Shown piece after piece: positions 38,001 through 50,000 of a stretch of DNA of 64,000 bases. This DNA is from Antedon mediterranea (Eukaryota > Animalia > Echinodermata): the NCBI RefSeq assembly GCF_964355755.1, contig NC_092671.1, positions 35,412,304-35,476,303 of the forward strand, written 5' to 3'. Every line of letters starts with the position of its first letter. Position 1 is the first letter of the stretch. Under the pieces are notes generated by a model. That model saw only the letters and a list, made by a program, of their open reading frames with translations, did no database searches and was not told where the DNA came from. The position numbers and the translations under genes are program-made.

Positions 38001-41000
38001 TGCTGCAGCAGCTAGCGTTGAAATAACTAATTGTTTACTTGACATGCTGATAACGTTGACGTTGAATAAACAACTAAACGTTGAAAGCCGTTCAACGCAA
38101 CGCAAACACAACGCAACGACAACGTGTTGAATGCGTTGGGATTTTTGCAATAATTCTGTCCTGTACTGTACTACTACTTAAAAACAACTGCTGAACCTTT
38201 TAAAATACAGTATAGCTACAGTACATGGCGTAATAGTACAGGCATTAGGCTACAGTAGCATGTTAGGCTCTGTCTACATTATTAAACTAGAAAGCCACTC
38301 CGAGAGTGCATACCTCCGCCTACTGTAAAATTCTCGTACATAAGATTTCTCCGGTGAAAAAAAAAATATATATTTGTCTGTGTCTTAATGCTGTTTGTGA
38401 TTTAGGCTAATTTCACTACAAGCATGTGTATGCGAGTTGGTGTAATGGTTATGTAACAAGCCTTTCAATTAACAATAGCTTCAGTTGACTAACATTGGAA
38501 CAGCAACGCGAAAATCAAACGAGTGAATTTGAAAAGAAAAAGGTTTTTTAAACTACTCGCATCAAAAAACGTGGATTGGTAAAGATCGTGTAATTACTTT
38601 TTGAGTAATCCTGCTAACAAACAAACAAACAAACAAACAAACAGACAGACGCGATCGATTACATATATCTCCTTGGCGGAGGTAAACTAGTTTGACAAAA
38701 AAAGTATGCCAAGCCTAAATATGGTAGTGATATGTCCAAATATGGTAGTGACATGACATCATCATGTCCATGGGCACATCACTTTTTTTGTCACATAAAG
38801 TTTGATAGTGTAGACAGAACTTTAGATTCATTGGTTTGAGAGCTGTATGTGCCATATTGATTGTACCCTAATCTCTGTCTACACTATCAAACTAGTTTGA
38901 TAAAAAAAGTGTGATGTCCAAATATGGTAGTTATATGATATCATGTCCATTATGGGCACATCACATTTTGCTGTCACATAAAGTTTTATAATAATAAATA
39001 ACTTTATTGAACATACGCCTTTAATAGTGTCGACAGAGGTTAGGCAAAATAAAACTTTTATTGCATCCTTTGAATGGGACATAAAGTCGTTGTTCCCATA
39101 TACAATGCACTATGGGTACCGAGGGACTGTAAAGGGCCTAATATGAATTTTCTCAACTGAGGACAGACAATATTGTAGATTTACATTTGAAGAAGAAGGT
39201 TGCCTAAAAATGAAATCCGAACATTGAAATCACGAAAAACTATGTTCACACTACAGTACAAATGACCTGAAATACTTATTAAATTTGATCGCATCAAATG
39301 AACCCCCAATAATTAATGACACTGTGTAATTTTAAACAATAATATATAAATCAGTCAAAAGAAACTGGCAGGTTTTGTACAGTATTTTCAATATCACCCT
39401 GTATTGATCACTGGTAATAAACTAAATTCAATCATGGACATTATGTTTCTGTGTTATTAAGTTAAATATGGCCTAGAATTGATTTCACTCCGATTCAATG
39501 GTATAGTAAATTGAATTTAATATATTATGTTTGAACATCAACAGACATCAATATTTGCCTCTCAAATTGGATACGTCAGATTTAGCATCTAGCTTTAGCC
39601 TCAAGCTAAAACATTTAGTTTGTAGAATTGAAAGAAAGAGTAACATTAACATAGCAACATTTACAGTGGGATGTACTACTGTACAGTCTATAAGAAGCTA
39701 GGGTGGATTAAAACGTACATGAGAACTTAATGAGTATTACTGTAGTTACCTCCACTACAGAGAAGTTAAACATTTAGTTTAAACAGGTAGAAAGAATCAA
39801 AAGAAAGAGTAACATAGCAACATGTACAGTGGGACTAACTGTACTGTAGGGTGGATTAAAAACGTACATGAGAACACAATGAGTATTAACTGTTAGTTAC
39901 CGCTACTACAGAGAAGTTATACAGCACCTCTGCCTAGGATAATACGTTTTCATCCCTGTCTGTTTATTGGTTTATCAATTTGGGCTGAACATTAATTTAA
40001 AACAATCTTCTATACATTGAAATAAAATATTATAATACATTTTAAATATTTGTTTAGAAATATACATTTTTAGTACAAATGTTAAAACATTTTAAGTCTA
40101 GTATTACTGTAAAGTCACCTCCCCTAATTATTAATTTAAAATACACCTCTGTAAAATAATAATAAATTTGGACTTTTAAGCGCATAATGCATATTAAGCC
40201 TCTATGCTCTTCACATAAAAATAATACATGAAATAAATAAAATAAAAAGAGCTGTATGCAAGTAAATATTTCTTGAAAAATTTTATCATGAAATGCCAAT
40301 AAACATATTTAAATCCAGAAATAACAAATAAAATGTTTACAGTTTTTTGTAGCAACATTTTAATACAAATAACTCCATGTACAACAATTTACCTCTGTAA
40401 TGTGTAAAGTTATTATTGTCAGAAAGGAAGATACTAGTTTCATTTTCAAATTCATATACAAAATTAATTTCCCTTGCAATTTACAAAAGAAGGAAAATCT
40501 TTAATAACATTCAACAGTCGCTGCGTATTGATTTGTAAAAATCAAATGAAAGTCTTCATAAGATTTCAAACTGAACGAACAACGAACAATAAAAATTGAT
40601 TATACTAGGCTCAGAGAATTAGTTAATAGCGATGAACTAAAATTTCTATGAAGGTACAACGCACGGATTGCCAGTGGCGTTCATTTCATAGATTAAGCAT
40701 CTAGTAGCAAATTTAAGCATTTCATTGGCAATATAACCTTTGATATTTTAACTTTCTTCTGAAAAACAAAAATCAACTAAAGTTATTACTATCATGCCTG
40801 AATTACTTTACAAGATTCTTGAAAGAAAACATTTGAAATTCAATTATTCATTTAAAGCTTTGTCCACATTATAGTATATCAAACTAGTTTTATAAAAAAA
40901 AGTGTGATATGCCTATTGGTAGTGATATGCCTAAATATGGTAGTGATATGCCTAAATATGGTAGTGATATGCCTAAATATGGTAGTGATTGCTTAAACAT

Positions 41001-44000
41001 GGTAGTGATATGCCTAAATATGGTAGTGATATGACATCATTATGTCCATATACTGTATGGGCACATCACATTTTTTGTAACAAAATTTGATAGTGTACAC
41101 AGGGCTTTACAGCAATTGTGGCTATTTCGCAATATTATTATAAGGTGAGTACATGTATTTTTCCATATTTCATGAGCTATTTAAACCAATCTTGTACTAA
41201 CTACTATAGTGAGGAAAACACAAGTCTCATCATATTGTACTGGTATTCAATAACATTAGCATCAACAGTATGTGATCATGTACTGTAGGTGAATTTAGAG
41301 TGATTTCTAAGACCCCATTTAAATGCATTCCAGGAAGTTTTATAAACACTTTGGAACATTATGTGTACACCCGGAGTCCTAAGCATCTATATTTTGGAGA
41401 AGACGGGAAGGGTCATATAAGCTATATTTAGCTTTCTAACCGACCCATAACATCAAGCAAGCAAGTATCAAGCAAGTAAAACACATTATCGTCTACTTTA
41501 CACTGAATTGTAAACGTTATGTCAAATTATTATCAATTTTTATATTTAATACTAGTCATAGGAATACATGGTAAAGAAGTTACAGATCCAATCATGGCTT
41601 TTCTCTCAATATTATCATTTATCAAATCTATTTACGATAATTGCCAATTTGGATGTTTCAACCTTCCCAATTATATACTGTGAAGATGGCAATCTGTTGA
41701 CAAGAAAACAGTACAGTACAGTACAGTACACACACAAAACAAAAACCTTCAGAAAAGTCTTCAGAACAAGTGTCTTGTTTCACTGTGTGAAAGTGTCTCG
41801 TCAGGATTTGGACCAAGAAACATGGGATTGGTATAACCATGGAACTATATTATTTAGTACCATGGGTAAACTGATAGCGGGCTATAATACCATACAGCAA
41901 TATGTTGTTTGAAGGTTTGCATGGCGAAATCAAATGTTGATATAAAGTTTGCGGTACAACACGTATAATAGTTCTGAAAAGAACTGTTGAGTTCCTCAAT
42001 GTTTGATTTTTCCCAGGAGTGATAATTTTTTATCAAATATCAACTGTGCCATAGTGAGCAAGGCTTTATATATTTATTTAGAATTAATTAAGTATTGAAA
42101 GAAAAAAAGTATCTGAATAAACTGAAAACCACAAGCCTTTAATCTTGTTCTAACTGAATTTCAATACAGGATAATTTATAGAAATATTCCCTCTTAGCCT
42201 TAGAGGATATGTACTGTAGGTTATTTAAGGTCAACCTCCAAATTATGGGGAGTTAAATATGAATAAGAAAGTAGTAATTTTATTGAATCTCATACTGTAA
42301 CTTATTTCCAATTCCTTCTAAATTTAGAATTCCAATTTAGTATCACCACTGGGCCTAGATCAATAATCTTAGCTTTACAAGGCCAAGATATTTTATGTAT
42401 AAGTAATTTAATTCATTCATTCATGTTAACATGAATTTATTAAAAAGGCTTGGACGAAGCGTTCAGAATTTAAAGTTTAAGCCAAAAGATAATTCATACT
42501 CATCTGCTGAAAATAATTAGAGCAATGAACACCTGAATACAAATTACACAAACCAACCATTTGTGGAGAGGGATGTTCAATGAACATTTCTACTTGAGTT
42601 ATATCTCGCTCTTCGAGGTGAAAGGGCTAGTGTCAGTTTATCCAGGTAGGCTAGGTTTGAAAAAGACTACAGTATTCAAATTTAAACTCTGTCTACACTA
42701 TCAAACTTTATGTGATAAAAAATGTGATGTGTTCATATATGAACAATAACATGATGATGTCATATCACTGCCATATTTGAGCATCACTACCATATTTGAG
42801 CATCACTACCATATTTGGACATATCACACTATTTTTGTCAAACTATAGTAGTTTGATAAGTGTAGACAGAGCTTTAGTATTTCTATTCAGATGAAGCAGA
42901 ATGTGGTTAATAGAAAGAGGAAATTGTAATCGAATAGTTTAAGCTTTTAAATGCTTAAACAAGGAAATTAAGATCAAGTACAAAGATACGGCACTTTAGA
43001 ATTTCTAAAATTATTGAGGTTGTACACCTTCCAGTATTATACCGAATTATCAATCAATTTGCAGTGTTCTGTACTTCTAGATTCACTGAAGTGTTTTAAG
43101 CTCTTTAGGTAAAATGGGATACAACTGATACCAATTGATAAATTACAGTCATAAGACTAATTAACGAGAAGGCTAATAAGATTAATTAACGAAGGAAGTT
43201 TGAAACGAAAGCATCGTAAACTGATCAGTGATAATACAAAAGCATGTACAGGAATTTTTTAGTATTTTACTTTCTCGGTGATAGTTGAAAACTCTTAGAT
43301 GAAAAAGAAAAGAAATTAACATATTAATTAAGCTTAACACAAAATTTTAATTTGCACTTTGGATGAGTTAGGTTGTCCTCACAAACATACAGTAATGAGC
43401 ACATACAGTATGTTAAAATATGAACGCAAATTCATGCCATCTTAAAGGGTCTTTCACACATGTTCCGGTCCAGCGTTGGCAAATCAAATCAAATGTCAAT
43501 GTTTCGTTTTCACAACACTCTACGTGGCTATGCAGGCTCAATCTATATGCATGTAGCTGCGTAAAAACGTAACATTGACGTTCAATTTGCTTTTTCACGC
43601 CAGAAAATGTGTGAATGAAAGACCATTAGGAACTGAAGTACTGTACATGTTTACAGTAATGAGTACATTTACTATCATACAGTATACAATATGTACAGAA
43701 TACACTATTACACAGTGTACTGACCCTGATACTTACAGCTAAAGAAGACGGCTGTTTCCATGCTATAAGGCCTACACCACCAGTCAGTAAAACCTGAAAG
43801 AAAATATTCCAGTTTGTTATAAATTTCTGTTACAAAAAAAAGTAGTTCCACATTTGAGGCTGTGAGCCTAAAAAAAAGAAATAGCAATCTTTACTAAAGC
43901 CTGGTTTCCATAAAATCGCTACACCGTTTCCATTGAAATCGCTACACGCGCAGATGTCGCCGACGCGCATCGGGGAGGTCTCCCCGATTCATCGCAGACA

Positions 44001-47000
44001 AATCGGCAAAGTTAAATTCAACTTTGCCGGCGATGAGTCGTATACGCGTGTACCAAAGAATATGTAGCGCTCGCGTACTAGATCCCCGATAAATTCTAGC
44101 GTTTCCATAGAATCGCTACGCTCTGTCGGCGACACGGTGTAGCGATTTTATGGAAACCAGGCTTAAGACATCAGGAATGGAAATTTCAATGCTGCACACA
44201 TGGACTTTCTGAGTTGAGTTAATCACAGTAATGGTGAAGCTCTGTGTACACTATCAAACTAGTTTGACAACAAAACTGTGATGTGCTCAAATATGGTAGT
44301 GATATGCCCAAATATGGTAGTGATATGACATCATCATGTCCATATAGGGGCACATTACAGTTTGTTGTCACATATAGTTTGATAGTGTAGGCAGAGCTTA
44401 AGAAAAGCATAAAACATTCCCATGTATGTGACTCTGTAGGCTTCACAGAGTACATTCACACTGGCTTGGTACTGTGCAAGTTTTACCAATAAAACTTATT
44501 GTGTAGCTTGGTATAGGCCTCCATCCAGTTACATTACTGGGATGTTCGCACAGGAGTTAAACTACAGTATACTGTACTACCAGCAACTCCCCGGTACTAC
44601 TGTGATATTCTGTTTGTAAAGTCTTACAAGATACTTTACAGTACCAAAAACAGTTCAATGCAATTTCTGGGACATTTCTGTACATGTTTTAATCCTTACA
44701 ATGTTAAATAAAAATGTATAATTCTAATTGAAATTGTTATTATTGACCAATACAGCACTTTCAATTGGTTTGTAAATTCAAATGATTATGAAAACCATTT
44801 ACTAGAACCTCTTTAAATAGTTTCAATTCACAGGTGTGAATATCCATCCATATCTTGCATGATTTATATGAAATCATAGATATTGATATTATAATGAGCA
44901 TGAAATTAAAAATAGAAATATTAATATCATACTGGATGTTTGGTGTACAGCACAGTACATGATAATTGGAAGAAATTAACGCCATTTTAATAATACTGTA
45001 TATTTCTCTGTACAAAGCAAAGGTTCTTCATCATGTGATAATGATATTCACTATCTATTCTTATGAAGGATAAATTTAATTCAATCAATCATAACTATAA
45101 TGCACTGTTATTTAAAAATGTTCCCTAAAGCATGGCTTAAAAAAAAACTGTAGGCTGGATTAATCAACAGTTAAATTTATAGTAAAATACATTAATTATT
45201 AAATTATCTGAAAATCTTTTTTTTTTATCAATGAATACTGTAAGGAGGCAATGGTGACCACTGTTGAAACCCATTATGATCTACAGAAGTTACTTTACAA
45301 CAAAATAGTTGGTCTCAGATGGTCTCAGCATGGAAAAATATATTTTTTTACATTTTTTAAATTTATTTATTTTTTATTTAACCTTATTTATAGACAGTGA
45401 CCATAAACAACATATGCTGTCAATCATGATGGTTATGATAAGTTTCTGTGTGTGACAGTGGATGTGTGTATACTACTACTACTACTACTACAGTACTACT
45501 ACTGTAGTATGCTGAGGTATTCCCAGTACTCATTTTGAAAGATGTACTTTACTAAAGTGCACATGACCCAGATGTGTATACAGTTGTCCTTATCCGAGAA
45601 GACTTGTTCTATTTATTTACTTCAATAATTTGTAATAATCTGCAATATGCCTAGTCTTTCCTCAACACAATACATTAAGTTTTAGTTTAAGTCATGTGTG
45701 CTCTGTTATATTTTTGTTGTGATGATGTTCAGTATAACTCTATATTATTTTATAATTGTTACATGTATGTAGTGTATCAAAACGACACATTTCCAATTGA
45801 ATGTTTTGTGTGTATGTAATTAGACAATAAAAGTTTTTTGAATTTTGAATAACCATGGAGCGAGTGAGGCTCGAACCATTACCGATGTTATGGCTAGGTA
45901 TTACGGTTCCACTGTCTTAACCGCTTGGCCACTAACTTGCTACATGGTCTAGCAATGTACTGTTGTTACTGACCATTTTTCTTCGCTGGTGTACTGTGAC
46001 TAGCCCTTTTCTTTTGAGGTGAGCAAGTGCGAACACACTCCTAAACTGCCTTTGAGGAGTGTGATTTACCTGTACAACACAATTAAATTTGGTAAAATTC
46101 TAGTCTACTGTACACACAAAAATACAAACAGCACACCTACAGTACAGCACTTCTGAATGTATTGAAGTGTGCAATTTTAAAAAGACAACGCCTGTGTAAC
46201 TAGTCTTTGTGCTCTAGTATACTATAATTGTCACAAAAAACTCAACTAATCAATGTTAATTAATATGATTACCTGAAAACCAGAAAAGTGTAAATAGACC
46301 CCAGGGAATAATTAGACCATACATCCTTCAGGTTAAGAGCAAGGCTAAGCCTAGAAAAGTAATTTGGTTCAATAATAGATATAATATGTTATAATCTGCA
46401 AACTGCCTAATTTGATTCAGCTTCCTTTTATGTTAGCTTAATCAGGCTTGCCTTTTGTAATTAGATACAGTATACAGTAATGATAGGATGTGAAACATTG
46501 GTATGGTTTGAAAATTAGATACCTGAGTTCAAGTATAAAGTGTCTTTATTACTGTCTACAGTCTTAATTATCTACGGCATTTGCCATCTTTATGAGACGT
46601 TTTATTGCTGGAACATGGTTTAATTGCTGGTATGATAAATAGAACTTAACAACTAGCCATTAAAATATATTGGCGGCCATTTTTATGAGCTTGTTAAAAA
46701 ATGTCAAATTATTTTTGATATAATTGATACTGTATACGTCTATCTACCTTTACTGTATACACATTTTGACTTTACTTTTTTACTTAAAAAATACTAAATT
46801 TAACCTTATTTATAAAGGGTGACCCTAAACAGCATATGCTGACAATCAAGGGGCCCCTCATGATGAGTTATGATAAGTGTCTGTAGAGTGACAGTGGCTG
46901 TGGTTAACCCCTACTCGTCTTGGTCTTGAACGATGTACAGTACTACTGTAGGTTCTGGAGAGTGATGGTGTAATGGTAATATCGGACTAGCATGTGATAG

Positions 47001-50000
47001 GCATGGGTTCGAGGTTATCTGTACCATACTAATTGCATCCTTAGGCAAGATACTGTACTTTACTCTCATTGCCTAATCTGGTAGGCGCTGCACTGCTGGC
47101 TGCCGTGGGTCCGTGGAGGGCCTAATCCTAATTTCCTCACTGAGGACAAATATTAATACAAATACAAATACAAAGTGCACATGAGCCAGATGTGTACACT
47201 GGACCTATGGTTTATAGTCCTTATCCGAAAAGACTTGTTCTACCACCAGAACCATAGCGAGTGAGCTTCGAACACATTGCTGATGTTATGGCTACGTATT
47301 ACGGTTCCGCTGTTGATTAAACTCAACAATACACAATATTGTTTTGACTATATTAATGTCTGTTCACATGCTTTGCTGAAAATTGGTTACAGTAGACCAT
47401 GGAAATGTTCATGTTTACTATATAAATGTCTGTTCACATGCTTTGCTGAAAATTGTTTAGACCAAGAAATGTTCATGTTGTGAATATTAATGTCTATTCA
47501 CATGCTTTACTGAAAGTTGTTTAGACCAAGAAATGTTCATGTGAATATTAATGTCTATTCACATGCTTTACTGAAAGTTGTTAATGTTAGACCACCAAGA
47601 AATAATGTTCATGTTTTGGTCTATATATAAAGCAACATACTTTTATCAGATACAGTAAACCAAAGTTCATTGTGTATGTGCAAAAAGGATTAATGTATAC
47701 AACACACATATCCGGGTACTTAACATAAAAGCTACTTTTAAAAGATTTTAAAGTAATTTCATTGTCATGTTGTCAATGATAAAGATTTACAAACAATACA
47801 CTGTATTTAGATAAGTCATATATATTATTGAAAACAAATCCCTTTTACTAGATAAATTCACCTCAAGATTCATTCAAGAAGGTGCAATATGTTTTGAACT
47901 AAATATACAGCCAACCATACGTGTAGTACAGTCAACACCCGAATACCGAAAACCTTTGGGCTGACCAAACATGTTTGGTTTTCCTGAATGTCTGATATTC
48001 AGAATGAGTTTTTAATGTTAAAAATGAAATTGGGACCAGACAAGAAAAGTCTGGTTTTTGGGGAGTTTCTAGTTTTTAGAGAGTCTGGTTGGGAGAGTTG
48101 ACTGTCATACTAACAGTATCAATACTATAGGTGACAGTTGGGTCACAAATGTTGAAGTAATTTAACAATTAATGTTTTTGGAGCCTGTTAATTAGATAGT
48201 AGTACTGTACTTTATTTAAAAATTATGTGGCACAAAAACAGTACCGGTATTTTAACATGCTTTCTTCTTCGTTAAAAGAAACAGACTTTTCATAATAATA
48301 TTGATGGTCTGACATTATTATATTGGACCAGTATCTACTGTAAATATTCAATTTTGTTGCTTATTTAACCTCGCTACGGCTGTAACAGAAAACCTGATCA
48401 TGAACCTATTGATTCATGCTGTGTTATTCTACTACCAGTACCAATACTTAATTATATAATTGCATTTATTTTACAATGAAGTTACTTAGTACAGTAAACA
48501 TGTTAATCAAATGTTATGTCAAAACTGTATTGCTTACAAAATAATTTAAATATTTCCTTCAAAACACTTTGTAAAATATTGATAGTATTCTTATTTTTTT
48601 TAATCAATTTTAAACAGAAAAGATTATTTAGTATTTTTACTGTTATTTTTTATTTTCTATGAAAGACAAGAGAAATAAATGTTACTTTGATTGATTGATT
48701 GATTGATTGAGTGAGTATGAGGCTTACAGTACTGTTGTGTTAGGTAGTGGTACTGTTATATGTCAGAAAAACATGATTTTTTATATGATTTGAACCAATG
48801 ACCCTAGGATTGGCAAGGGAACACCAAGCTGCAATGTCATTGAAGCCAATATCCTGTTTATTTGTAATAGCCCACAGTATTCTCCCAAAAATAGAACACC
48901 AAAAATGTTAGAAATAGTAATACTGTACAAGTTCTGCGACCTAGATAAACCAATATTGGTCTAACTATCTTAAATAAGAGGGCTACAAATAAGGCATACA
49001 GTAGTACTGTACAGTATTGGTATTAATCATACTTTACTTAGCAAACTCAATCAGGAAGATGGCAACCAGGGTTAACCCAATTCCCCAGTGAAGGCCCAAC
49101 AGCAACTATCTGTCCAGAGGGTGGCCTCTAGAAATAATTATGCATTTTGAGATAACATTTTGAATTATTAAAGCATAAGATAAATACTTTCTCAAAAAGG
49201 AAGGAGGCAATTTTGTAGGAAATCGGAAATGTCCTTATTACTTATATGAAAGACTTCCATTGTTGAGCTTATCATTATCCCCACCTGTTATGCAGATCAG
49301 GAAGTTCTTGTTCAACTGCTAATAATAATTCACATGTTTTACCATTGTGATACAGACTTTAATCATTGCTTTATTACGGTAATGTACTATTTTGAGTCCA
49401 ATGCAAAAATCTTACAAATTAGTACAAAGAACAATGGTGAAATTATTTCATTTTTGTTGGCCGATAACAAACAAAAGTTTAATGAACGCATTTTGTGAGC
49501 AATTTCCATCAAATTTGTAGACATTTTAGTTTTTACTAACACTATCATTTTTTCATACAATTTTTTTTTCTTTTTGAAAATTGATGTTAATCCTAGAGAA
49601 GATTTGTTATTTACAATGTTAGGTAGCTAAAACAAGCATTTTCTATAAAATTTGTAGACATTTAAATATCAATACGACAATTTATTCATACAATATGATT
49701 TTTTCTTTTTGTAAATCTGATGTTAATCCTAGAATTAAGAGGATTTGTAATTTACAATGTTCTGATTATAAATCAAGTGAAAGTCCCATAAATAATTCAA
49801 AACAAATGCTTTAGGATTTGAAAGGTAGGCCTAGAATTAAATCAAATGTAAGCCTCTCCACAGGTGTACCATGCCTCACAACATGAATAAAACTGTTTTA
49901 CAATGAATGATGGATGATTCATAGTTTTTTAGTACAGAAATAAAAATAAATCAAAAATATTGATAGTATTCTTATTTTTTTTTATCAATTTTAAACAGAA

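Noticed and set aside
36128-38168. Autonomous transposase gene
   Set aside because: No long ORF or DDE-like translation here or elsewhere in the window.
45860-45940. tRNA gene from A/B boxes (also ~1220-1274 and ~46960-47015)
   Set aside because: No cloverleaf, and each is attached to a SINE body; these are SINE heads.
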